Shown piece after piece: positions 34,746 to 48,000 of a DNA stretch of 64,000 bases; position 1 is the first letter of the stretch, and each line of letters starts with the position of its first letter. The stretch lies in assembly GCA_964036045.1 (NCBI GenBank), contig OZ038378.1:177816001-177880000 (forward strand), read 5' to 3'. The translations under genes and the position numbers were made by a program. This DNA is from Eutreptiella sp. 'Long Island Sound 2002'. Taxonomy: Eukaryota; Protista; Euglenida. The notes beneath the pieces are model-generated. The model ran no database searches. It saw nothing but the letters and a program-made list of their open reading frames with translations, and was not told where the DNA came from.

Positions 34746-36053
34746 TCCGCAATGCTCGAAGGATGTAAAGGCATGGTTTGTGCTGAGACTCTGAGCCGCC
34801 TGTCTGCTGGATGACTCCTCACGCTGCACAGATGCCTCCACTCGCTCCCAGATACTTGTGGCGACTTGCCAGGGCTAAGGGGCAAGTGCATGGGCATGGG
34901 GGTGAACAGTGGCAGGGGCAGGCTTTTTCATGACCTGACATTTGTCACTGCTGCAGGTCACAGCCCCTTCCAGAGTGCCCGCTCTGCAGCCACACTCAGG
35001 AGGGCCCTCCAAATTCGAAGTCCTCGCAATTCCGCAGTCTGTTTCGGGAGCTGCAGAGCAATGTGACACGCCTGTGCTCCCTCGTGGAGCCTACCACTGC
35101 AACTGCAGGGAAAGGTGCGTGCCATGCTGAGTTGTCCCAAGGTCTGCTTGGAAAGGATGGCTTGCAATCCACTGCAGAGCCTGGCGTAGTGCCACCCACA
35201 ACTGTGCGACCGTACCTGCAGCCCCTAAGATGGGTTGCCAAAGAGCCACTACAGGGTTGCACATGCCCACGATGGCCTCCTGTGGAAAGCATGATCTACT
35301 GGTAAAAGGGTGACCCCCCCCCCCCCCCTGAAGTGTTGATAACCCCCTCCGCCCCCCAAAATGGGGAGAAAAAACCTCCTAGGGTTTTTTTTGTCAGCCA
35401 AAGTGGGGGGATTTTTTCTCCCCTACCACCCCCACCCCACCCCTGAAAAAAGTGGCTTTCGAGTTGGGGGGGGGGGTCCGTAAAACCCATTGGGGGATGT
35501 GTTTATTGGACAAAATAATGATTTTACAACGGATTAAGCAAACAATTCAACCTTTTGGGGAAGGGTACGTGAATAGGCCCAAAAATGGGGGCATGTGCCC
35601 CCCCCCCCCCGAATGGTGACGTGTGAGCTGTCACGTGTGGGTTGTTGTGTGAGACGACGTCAGCAACAAATCAGCACAACCCCCCCCCCCCTGCCCAAAC
35701 AACAGCAAAGATCCAAAAAATTTGCGGAAACAACACCTCGCGCTGTTTGGACAAAAGGGGTAGCTTGGCCATAGAAAAGCGATGGCCGCTGCCCTCCAGA
35801 ATCACTCTGGCATCCACATTACACCCGTCCAAGACTGTATTTTTGCTTGTATTGAACGCAGCCCCCGCCCCCCCTGGTGGACTCAGCTCTCAGTTCAATC
35901 CAGCCCTACAGCTCGTCCCGTACCCCTCATCAAAAGCCAATTATGAATTGACATGGGGATTTCGCGTTCTGCCAACAATGTGACAGGCCCTTGCTGGGGC
36001 ATGATGAAGCCTTGTTGGCGGCGCCAGGCCCACAGGCCCAATGGCCTACTCGC

Positions 36054-39000
36054 GGGTGCCAATGTAATGGGCAAACCGGTCGTTGTGCGTGCTACAGAAG
36101 GATATCTATCATTCTGACCTCTGGGTGCCTACACAAACGTGTGCAGACACAATGCATCGTTCCCTTGTCCGCTGTGGCAAAATTCAAGGTAATTGCTTAA
36201 ATTTTGCTTGGCCATAAAGCGACGGTGGTCGTCACCCTTCAGAATTGAATTGAGCTTGCACAGGGGAGGGGGGGGGGTGAGGATTCAGCAGATGGGTGCG
36301 TGTGTAGCATAAGAGGTCAGGGAAAACAGGGAAAACAATTTTTATATAGGGAGACATGCATGGGTCAGACGGTGTAGCATAAGAGGTCAGCCGAAGCATG
36401 CCCCAAGTGCAGGCCCCAAGGCCATTAGCAAAATGGACATTGCTAAACGTTACAGGCCTACAATATTATCGTTTTTTCAGTATACAGATCCAAATAGGGT
36501 GGAAAGATGAACAGCGTCCTGTACTGTTCTGGTTACGCGATACATGATGGGTTTAATTGCAGGTATCACTTAAGACAAGCTGAATGCCTTACGGAGAGGG
36601 ACAGTCTTGTCTTATTCGCGAGACACCATACAAGAGTGCTTACACATCCACAATCGAATTTCGTTCTGTTTCAGCTCAGACTTACATGTACATTGTGAGT
36701 GCTGCGTTGTCAGACCGGAGTTCGATGTCAGGTAAGAACATAGTTGGTCCTGCATGCGTGGTTGAGGTCGGGGGAGACAAATGCAAAGCATACAAAGACT
36801 GCGAGGTATAACACGCTCAGTTTACTCATCTGCTCCTTGTTTGCCTGCCCCTCTGTCAGGCCAACTCACATGCGGATGCACAGCTTCCTGGTCAGGAATA
36901 CTATACCATCCCTCAGTTATAGTTGCATTGCCTTTGTAACATCTTAGCCCTAGATTGCAGGCAGATGGTGTCAGCTGTGTAGTGGTGAAGTTGGTTGGCC
37001 TGCACGTCATCTTGGTCTTGTTGCCTGCTGGTAACTGCCAAGCATCCAGGGTTTGTCGTCCATGGCCTTCGTTTTTTTTCTTACGGCGCTTGCGCCGTGA
37101 ATTTTTTACAAATGTTTCATGACCCCATGAAGAGGGACCTGCAATCCTGTTGAGTGGGAAAAACGCACAGGGGGCACAGCACCACTGGGACACCTGTGCA
37201 CAGTGCACCCCAAGCACCCAAGATTCCTCCTCATGGTGTCTTTTGTCTTCCCCCAAAGGAGCTCCATTCGCCTGCCCTCCTCCTTCTCGGTCTTGGCAAC
37301 TGTGCCTGCACCTGTATATCTCTATACCTCTACATCTCTGTTTGCATGCGTGCGTGTGTGCGTTTGTAAGGGAGGGGGGGGGGGGCAATTTTATAGAGGG
37401 AAACTCGCATGGGTCAGACGGCCCCCGCCGTCGCCTGTGGCGCCTTCAAAAAGCAGGTGTTTGTGGGAGGGGGAGAACCAAGTTAAGGGGGGCACAGGTC
37501 TTTTTTAAGGTCCTGGGCGCTAATGCGAAGGGGAAGGGAGCGCATTAGCGCCTGAAGCCTACCCTAGCCCACCCCCGCCCCACCTGGCATATCGCAGCGC
37601 CACAGAAAGACCGGGGCCGCGGCATCATATTAGGGAGGGCCGGCGTCTTTTAAAGTCCTGGACATTCATGGGCCCAATGGCGGCTGAGGTGTTACTGGGT
37701 TGGCATTACCCTAGCCTGCAGCCCAGCACGATGGAAAGACTGGGGCCTCCCGGTCAAGTTAACTCACCTGACGCCTGCCTGTACGCTCCGGCCAGCGCCC
37801 TGGGGTTCCCCCCATGTGCCGAGGTTAAGGAGGGCATGGGCCTTTCAAAGGTCTTGGATGCTAATGCGAAGGAACGGAAGGGGACCATATTCAAGACGCC
37901 ATATTAAGGAGGGACACCAGCATGGGTCAGCCCTCAAGCGGGATCACTGGCCGTGCTGGGTCTGGCAGCCAAGCTGACCAGAAGGCCCAGACCCCTCGAC
38001 TGGGCCCCTCACCTTGTGTGCTTTGTGGGGGAAAACCATATCAAGGAAGGCACTAGGTTGTTGGGGTCGAGGACGATGGTGCAGTTGGGGGTTAGTCGCA
38101 GGGCAAATGAAGCGTTTGACCTCTGCTCCGGCCCTCTTGGTCAGCCCCAGCAGGCGTGGCGGGACAGCACCATATGAAGGAGGGGCACCAGCATGGCCCA
38201 GCGGGGTCAGTACTCACACGAGACCACTGCCATACTGGCTCTGGCAGCCAGGTTGCTAGAAATGTGTGTTTTGTATTCCAGCAAAAGGTGCACAAGGACG
38301 AAGAAAGACAAACTGAGGCGCTCTTACACATGGGTTCTGATCCCGCCGTGAAAAGAGAAGTAGGCTTTAAGGGTTATTCGAAGCATAAGCATCACTCCAT
38401 TCAGCTCATACCAGAAAGTGCGCCGGTGGTGGCTGCGGAAGTGAGCTCGTGGAAACAAGAAGCCGCATCCTCCACTCTAGGTCGGCGATCTTGATGCGTT
38501 TGCAGTAGCTGAGGGAGGGGGAATTGCAGCAGCTTGTGATCCATCTACAATTCGACCCCAAGGCATTTGCAATGGAGCTGCGCCTGCTATATAGGGGGGG
38601 TTTACCCAGCCTAGCCACACAGCTAGCCACCACATGGAAAAGCGCTGCGAGAGCGCCCAGCGAAAATTTTGGCCATCCGAAGTATGGGAATATCGTTGCA
38701 CTGTGCGGGCACTGCGTGCATATTTGGGTAAAATCCACCAGATATGCATCATCCCCATCCAGAGCAAACTGATGTTGCAATGAATTTCCGTCCACGTGAG
38801 GCCTGTGGATTGGGTCATCCTTGTGTTATGGGCTCCAACCCTCAAACAACACATGCACTGGCCAGGGTACCACTGTTCCTTGGGCATTGTGGAAAAGGCC
38901 CAAAACCAGGATTCAGGTCAATGCCGACATACAAAACGTTGCACTGCACACTGCGTAACCAGCATTCCCTGTGAATGGTGGGCAAGGCCCTGAGGACACT

Positions 39001-42000
39001 GATGGTACCTGACGGCCCGCGGCTTCTGGGCAGCTCAAATCATCTGAGAGAAAGGCAGCAGGCAAGGGGAGGAAGGTCAAAGCTCGCAGACTGGACCACT
39101 CGAGTCACACCCCTTCCCAAGTGCTCATGTCATATGTTGTGTGTTGGGCGTGGTTTGCTGGCCGGTTGGTGCACCTTGGGGCAATAGCGTTGCGTGCGGT
39201 TTGATCCTGGAGGTGCGTACATGAGACTGCCACATGACTCCCCCACCCCATTCCCCATCGTATATAATGGGTTAACATACCACCGCCCCATTCCCCACAA
39301 AAAAAAAGGCGACGTCGAAGTCAGCGCGCATATGTTTTTTTTTTGGCTCAGACCAAGATGAGCTGGCGTAGCCTGCTCACTTCACAGTACTCGAGGTGAC
39401 CCCTCGGGATCAAGGTTCAGAGCTGTCAGCGCGCATATGTGTGTTTCCCCGTCGCCTGCCACAGGTGACAGCGATCCATGGCGTCAATTACACAAATGTG
39501 ACGATGACACAGCGTCGTCTGGTAGCGGCTTCGCATTGCTCGCATACCCCTAATCTTTGGGAGTGTTTATTCTGCCCTTCCGTTTCTCCTGTTTTGGTTG
39601 TGATGGGGTAACACCCCAAGGCATGCACTCACGGCTTTTCCTACAAAAGATTGGTGGCAACAAATGTGCTGGCTCAAACAGGCGGTGACCAGCATTACGA
39701 GTGCAGTTGTGTCAATGTCGTCTCAACATCGAAAGAGCGTTACAAATGTCAAGCTTGTTCTGCCCGACATAAGTGCGTTGGAAGATGTTGGTGTGGAGCA
39801 CCCTCTTTGGTAGCAGAGGCGGGTTGCGGCAACAGGCAGAGGGAAAATGTCATTGGAGGAAAAGGTGTTAGACATGCGGAGAGGGTCCGGGATCTCGGAC
39901 AACTGCCTAGTGCACCACAGGCACTCATGAATACCCGTTCAAACGGCCATCATGTTAAGGCTCAGGTGCAGCATCCCAGTAAATTCCGAACAAATGGTGT
40001 CGCTTGAACTTGCTGTTGGCTCTACTTCCGATGAGCCCTGTAATCTCTGAGGTTTGAATCCGGTGCAATACAGCGCAGGGCGACAGTACAACAACGAAAA
40101 AGGGTTGTTATCCTGGTGCCTCCAAATCCATGGCAAAAAAAAAGGGCAGTCAGAAGGGGTGTCCGGCTTTGGACACGCTCTCTTTTGGGTGCCAATGTAA
40201 TGGGCAAACCGGTCGTTGTGCGTGCTACAGAAGGATATCTATCATTCTGACCTCTGGGTGCCTACACAAACGTGTGCAGACACAATGCATCGTTCCCTTG
40301 TCCGCTGTGGCAAAATTCAAGGTAATTGCTTAAATTTTGCTTGGCCATAAAGCGACGGTGGTCGTCACCCTTCAGAATTGAATTGAGCTTGCACAGGGGA
40401 GGGGGGGGGGGGGGTGAGGATTCAGCAGATGGGTGCGTGTGTAGCATAAGAGGTCAGGGAAAACAGGGAAAACAATTTTTATATAGGGAGACATGCATGG
40501 GTCAGACGGTGTAGCATAAGAGGTCAGCCGAAGCATGCCCCAAGTGCAGGCCCCAAGGCCATTAGCAAAATGGACATTGCTAAACATTACAGGCCTACAA
40601 TATTATCGTTTTTTCAGTATACAGATCCAAATAGGGTGGAAAGATGAACAGCGTCCTGTACTGTTCTGGTTACGCGATACATGATGGGTTTAATTGCAGG
40701 TATCACTTAAGACAAGCTGAATGCCTTACGGAGAGGGACAGTCTTGTCTTATTCGCGAGACACCATACAAGAGTGCTTACACATCCACAATCGAATTTCG
40801 TTCTGTTTCAGCTCAGACTTACATGTACATTGTGAGTGCTGCGTTGTCAGACCGGAGTTCGATGTCAGGTAAGAACATAGTTGGTCCTGCATGCGTGGTT
40901 GAGGTCGGGGGAGACAAATGCAAAGCATACAAAGACTGCGAGGTATAATACGCTCAGTTTACTCATCTGCTCCTTGTTTGCCTGCCCCTCTGTCAGGCCA
41001 ACTCACATGCGGATGCACAGCTTCCTGGTCAGGAATACTATACCATCCCTCAGTTATAGTTGCATTGCCTTTGTAACATCTTAGCCCTAGATTGCAGGCA
41101 GATGGTGTCAGCTGTGTAGTGGTGAAGTTGGTTGGCCTGCACGTCATCTTGGTCTTGTTGCCTGCTGGTAACTGCCAAGCATCCAGGGTTTGTCGTCCAT
41201 GGCCTTCGTTTTTTTTCTTACGGCGCTTGCGCCGTGAATTTTTTACAAATGTTTCATGACCCCATGAAGAGGGACCTGCAATCCTGTTGAGTGGGAAAAA
41301 CGCACAGGGGGCACAGCACCACTGGGACACCTGTGCACAGTGCACCCCAAGCACCCAAGATTCCTCCTCATGGTGTCTTTTGTCTTCCCCCAAAGGAGCT
41401 CCATTCGCCTGCCCTCCTCCTTCTCGGTCTTGGCAACTGTGCCTGCACCTGTATATCTCTATACCTCTACATCTCTGTTTGCATGCGTGCGTGTGTGCGT
41501 TTGTAAGGGAGGGGGGGGGGGCAATTTTATAGAGGGAAACTCGCATGGGTCAGACGGCCCCCGCCGTCGCCTGTGGCGCCTTCAAAAAGCAGGTGTTTGT
41601 GGGAGGGGGAGAACCAAGTTAAGGGGGGCACAGGTCTTTTTTAAGGTCCTGGGCGCTAATGCGAAGGGGAAGGGAGCGCATTAGCGCCTGAAGCCTACCC
41701 TAGCCCACCCCCGCCCCACCTGGCATATCGCAGCGCCACAGAAAGACCGGGGCCGCGGCATCATATTAGGGAGGGCCGGCGTCTTTTAAAGTCCTGGACA
41801 TTCATGGGCCCAATGGCGGCTGAGGTGTTACTGGGTTGGCATTACCCTAGCCTGCAGCCCAGCACGATGGAAAGACTGGGGCCTCCCGGTCAAGTTAACT
41901 CACCTGACGCCTGCCTGTACGCTCCGGCCAGCGCCCTGGGGTTCCCCCCATGTGCCGAGGTTAAGGAGGGCATGGGCCTTTCAAAGGTCTTGGATGCTAA

Positions 42001-45000
42001 TGCGAAGGAACGGAAGGGGACCATATTCAAGACGCCATATTAAGGAGGGACACCAGCATGGGTCAGCCCTCAAGCGGGATCACTGGCCGTGCTGGGTCTG
42101 GCAGCCAAGCTGACCAGAAGGCCCAGACCCCTCGACTGGGCCCCTCACCTTGTGTGCTTTGTGGGGGAAAACCATATCAAGGAAGGCACTAGGCTGTTGG
42201 GGTCGAGGACGATGGTGCAGTTGGGGGTTAGTCGCAGGGCAAATGAAGCGTTTGACCTCTGCTCCGGCCCTCTTGGTCAGCCCCAGCAGGCGTGGCGGGA
42301 CAGCACCATATGAAGGAGGGACACCAGCATGGCCCAGCGGGGTCAGTACTCACACGAGACCACTGCCATACTGGCTCTGGCAGCCAGGTTGCTAGAAATG
42401 TGTGTTTTGTATTCCAGCAAAAGGTGCACAAGGACGAAGAAAGACAAACTGAGGCGCTCTTACACATGGGTTCTGATCCCGTCGTGAAAAGAGGAGTAGG
42501 CTTTAAGGGTTATTCGAAGCATAAGCATCACTCCATTCAGCTCATACCAGAAAGTGCGCCGGTGGTGGCTGCGGAAGTGAGCTCGTGGAAACAAGAAGCC
42601 GCATCCTCCACTCTAGGTCGGCGATCTTGATGCGTTTGCAGTAGCTGAGGGAGGGGGAATTGCAGCAGCTTGTGATCCATCTACAATTCGACCCCAAGGC
42701 ATTTGCAATGGAGCTGCGCCTGCTATATAGGGGGGGTTTACCCAGCCTAGCCACACAGCTAGCCACCACATGGAAAAGCGCTGCGAGAGCGCCCAGCGAA
42801 AATTTTGGCCATCCGAAGTATGGGAATATCGTTGCACTGTGCGGGCACTGCGTGCATATTTGGGTAAAATCCACCAGATATGCATCATCCCCATCCAGAG
42901 CAAACTGATGTTGCAATGAATTTCCGTCCACGTGAGGCCTGTGGATTGGGTCATCCTTGTGTTATGGGCTCCAACCCTCAAACAACACATGCACTGGCCA
43001 GGGTACCACTGTTCCTTGGGCATTGTGGAAAAGGCCCAAAACCAGGATTCAGGTCAATGCCGACATACAAAACGTTGCACTGCACACTGCGTAACCAGCA
43101 TTCCCTGTGAATGGTGGGCAAGGCCCTGAGGACACTGATGGTACCTGACGGCCCGCGGCTTCTGGGCAGCTCAAATCATCTGAGAGAAAGGCAGCAGGCA
43201 AGGGGAGGAAGGTCAAAGCTCGCAGACTGGACCACTCGAGTCACACCCCTTCCCAAGCGCTCATGTCATATGTTGTGTGTTGGGCGTGGTTTGCTGGCCG
43301 GTTGGTGCACCTTGGGGCAATAGCGTTGCGTGCGGTTTGATCCTGGAGGTGCGTACATGAGACTGCCACATGACTCCCCCACCCCATTCCCCATCGTATA
43401 TAATGGGTTAACATACCACCGCCCCATTCCCCACAAAAAAAAAGGCGACGTCGAAGTCAGCGCGCATATGTTTTTTTTTTGGCTCAGACCAAGATGAGCT
43501 GGCGTAGCCTGCTCACTTCACAGTACTCGAGGTGACCCCTCGGGATCAAGGTTCAGAGCTGTCAGCGCGCATATGTGTGTTTCCCCGTCGCCTGCCACAG
43601 GTGACAGCGATCCATGGCGTCAATTACACAAATGTGACGATGACACAGCGTCGTCTGGTAGCGGCTTCGCATTGCTCGCATACCCCTAATCTTTGGGAGT
43701 GTTTATTCTGCCCTTCCGTTTCTCCTGTTTTGGTTGTGATGGGGTAACACCCCAAGGCATGCACTCACGGCTTTTCCTACAAAAGATTGGTGGCAACAAA
43801 TGTGCTGGCTCAAACAGGCGGTGGCCAGCATTACGAGTGCAGTTGTGTCAATGTCGTCTCAACATCGAAAGAGCGTTACAAATGTCAAGCTTGTTCTGCC
43901 CGACATAAGTGCGTTGGAAGATGTTGGTGTGGAGCACCCTCTTTGGTAGCAGAGGCGGGTTGCGGCAACAGGCAGAGGGAAAATGTCATTGGAGGAAAAG
44001 GTGTTAGACATGCGGAGAGGGTCCGGGATCTCGGACAACTGCCTAGTGCACCACAGGCACTCATGAATACCCGTTCAAACGGCCATCATGTTAAGGCTCA
44101 GGTGCAGCATCCCAGTAAATTCCGAACAAATGGTGTCGCTTGAACTTGCTGTTGGCTCTACTTCCGATGAGCCCTGTAATCTCTGAGGTTTGAATCCGGT
44201 GCAATACAGTGCAGGGCGACAGTACAACAACGAAAAAGGGTTGTTATCCTGGTGCCTCCAAATCCATGGCAAAAAAAAAGGGCAGTCAGAAGGGGTGTCC
44301 GGCTTTGGACACGCTCTCTTTTGGGTGCCAATGTAATGGGCAAACCGGTCGTTGTGCGTGCTACAGAAGGATATCTATCATTCTGACCTCTGGGTGCCTA
44401 CACAAACGTGTGCAGACACAATGCATCGTTCCCTTGTCCGCTGTGGCAAAATTCAAGGTAATTGCTTAAATTTTGCTTGGCCATAAAGCGACGGTGGTCG
44501 TCACCCTTCAGAATTGAATTGAGCTTGCACAGAGGAGGGGGGGGGGGGTGAGGATTCAGCAGATGGGTGCGTGTGTAGCATAAGAGGTCAGGGAAAACAG
44601 GGAAAACAATTTTTATATAGGGAGACATGCATGGGTCAGACGGTGTAGCATAAGAGGTCAGCCGAAGCATGCCCCAAGTGCAGGCCCCAAGGCCATTAGC
44701 AAAATGGACATTGCTAAACGTTACAGGCCTACAATATTATCGTTTTTTCAGTATACAGATCCAAATAGGGTGGAAAGATGAACAGCGTCCTGTACTGTTC
44801 TGGTTACGCGATACATGATGGGTTTAATTGCAGGTATCACTTAAGACAAGCTGAATGCCTTACGGAGAGGGACAGTCTTGTCTTATTCGCGAGACACCAT
44901 ACAAGAGTGCTTACACATCCACAATCGAATTTCGTTCTGTTTCAGCTCAGACTTACATGTACATTGTGAGTGCTGCGTTGTCAGACCGGAGTTCGATGTC

Positions 45001-48000
45001 AGGTAAGAACATAGTTGGTCCTGCATGCGTGGTTGAGGTCGGGGGAGACAAATGCAAAGCATACAAAGACTGCGAGGTATAACACGCTCAGTTTACTCAT
45101 CTGCTCCTTGTTTGCCTGCCCCTCTGTCAGGCCAACTCACATGCGGATGCACAGCTTCCTGGTCAGGAATACTATACCATCCCTCAGTTATAGTTGCATT
45201 GCCTTTGTAACATCTTAGCCCTAGATTGCAGGCAGATGGTGTCAGCTGTGTAGTGGTGAAGTTGGTTGGCCTGCACGTCATCTTGGTCTTGTTGCCTGCT
45301 GGTAACTGCCAAGCATCCAGGGTTTGTCGTCCATGGCCTTCGTTTTTTTTCTTACGGCGCTTGCGCCGTGAATTTTTTACAAATGTTTCATGACCCCATG
45401 AAGAGGGACCTGCAATCCTGTTGAGTGGGAAAAACGCACAGGGGGCACAGCACCACTGGGACACCTGTGCACAGTGCACCCCAAGCACCCAAGATTCCTC
45501 CTCATGGTGTCTTTTGTCTTCCCCCAAAGGAGCTCCATTCGCCTGCCCTCCTCCTTCTCGGTCTTGGCAACTGTGCCTGCACCTGTATATCTCTATACCT
45601 CTACATCTCTGTTTGCATGCGTGCGTGTGTGCGTTTGTAAGGGAGGGGGGGGGGGCAATTTTATAGAGGGAAACTCGCATGGGTCAGACGGCCCCCGCCG
45701 TCGCCTGTGGCGCCTTCAAAAAGCAGGTGTTTGTGGGAGGGGGAGAACCAAGTTAAGGGGGGCACAGGTCTTTTTTAAGGTCCTGGGCGCTAATGCGAAG
45801 GGGAAGGGAGCGCATTAGCGCCTGAAGCCTACCCTAGCCCACCCCCGCCCCACCTGGCATATCGCAGCGCCACAGAAAGACCGGGGCCGCGGCATCATAT
45901 TAGGGAGGGCCGGCGTCTTTTAAAGTCCTGGACATTCATGGGCCCAATGGCGGCTGAGGTGTTACTGGGTTGGCATTACCCTAGCCTGCAGCCCAGCACG
46001 ATGGAAAGACTGGGGCCTCCCGGTCAAGTTAACTCACCTGACGCCTGCCTGTACGCTCCGGCCAGCGCCCTGGGGTTCCCCCCATGTGCCGAGGTTAAGG
46101 AGGGCATGGGCCTTTCAAAGGTCTTGGATGCTAATGCGAAGGAACGGAAGGGGACCATATTCAAGACGCCATATTAAGGAGGGACACCAGCATGGGTCAG
46201 CCCTCAAGCGGGATCACTGGCCGTGCTGGGTCTGGCAGCCAAGCTGACCAGAAGGCCCAGACCCCTCGACTGGGCCCCTCACCTTGTGTGCTTTGTGGGG
46301 GAAAACCATATCAAGGAAGGCACTAGGCTGTTGGGGTCGAGGACGATGGTGCAGTTGGGGGTTAGTCGCAGGGCAAATGAAGCGTTTGACCTCTGCTCCG
46401 GCCCTCTTGGTCAGCCCCAGCAGGCGTGGCGGGACAGCACCATATGAAGGAGGGACACCAGCATGGCCCAGCGGGGTCAGTACTCACACGAGACCACTGC
46501 CATACTGGCTCTGGCAGCCAGGTTGCTAGAAATGTGTGTTTTGTATTCCAGCAAAAGGTGCACAAGGACGAAGAAAGACAAACTGAGGCGCTCTTACACA
46601 TGGGTTCTGATCCCGTCGTGAAAAGAGAAGTAGGCTTTAAGGGTTATTCGAAGCATAAGCATCACTCCATTCAGCTCATACCAGAAAGTGCGCCGGTGGT
46701 GGCTGCGGAAGTGAGCTCGTGGAAACAAGAAGCCGCATCCTCCACTCTAGGTCGGCGATCTTGATGCGTTTGCAGTAGCTGAGGGAGGGGGAATTGCAGC
46801 AGCTTGTGATCCATCTACAATTCGACCCCAAGGCATTTGCAATGGAGCTGCGCCTGCTATATAGGGGGGGTTTACCCAGCCTAGCCACACAGCTAGCCAC
46901 CACATGGAAAAGCGCTGCGAGAGCGCCCAGCGAAAATTTTGGCCATCCGAAGTATGGGAATATCGTTGCACTGTGCGGGCACTGCGTGCATATTTGGGTA
47001 AAATCCACCAGATATGCATCATCCCCATCCAGAGCAAACTGATGTTGCAATGAATTTCCGTCCACGTGAGGCCTGTGGATTGGGTCATCCTTGTGTTATG
47101 GGCTCCAACCCTCAAACAACACATGCACTGGCCAGGGTACCACTGTTCCTTGGGCATTGTGGAAAAGGCCCAAAACCAGGATTCAGGTCAATGCCGACAT
47201 ACAAAACGTTGCACTGCACACTGCGTAACCAGCATTCCCTGTGAATGGTGGGCAAGGCCCTGAGGACACTGATGGTACCTGACGGCCCGCGGCTTCTGGG
47301 CAGCTCAAATCATCTGAGAGAAAGGCAGCAGGCAAGGGGAGGAAGGTCAAAGCTCGCAGACTGGACCACTCGAGTCACACCCCTTCCCAAGCGCTCATGT
47401 CATATGTTGTGTGTTGGGCGTGGTTTGCTGGCCGGTTGGTGCACCTTGGGGCAATAGCGTTGCGTGCGGTTTGATCCTGGAGGTGCGTACATGAGACTGC
47501 CACATGACTCCCCCACCCCATTCCCCATCGTATATAATGGGTTAACATACCACCGCCCCATTCCCCACAAAAAAAAAGGCGACGTCGAAGTCAGCGCGCA
47601 TATGTTTTTTTTTTGGCTCAGACCAAGATGAGCTGGCGTAGCCTGCTCACTTCACAGTACTCGAGGTGACCCCTCGGGATCAAGGTTCAGAGCTGTCAGC
47701 GCGCATATGTGTGTTTCCCCGTCGCCTGCCACAGGTGACAGCGATCCATGGCGTCAATTACACAAATGTGACGATGACACAGCGTCGTCTGGTAGCGGCT
47801 TCGCATTGCTCGCATACCCCTAATCTTTGGGAGTGTTTATTCTGCCCTTCCGTTTCTCCTGTTTTGGTTGTGATGGGGTAACACCCCAAGGCATGCACTC
47901 ACGGCTTTTCCTACAAAAGATTGGTGGCAACAAATGTGCTGGCTCAAACAGGCGGTGGCCAGCATTACGAGTGCAGTTGTGTCAATGTCGTCTCAACATC

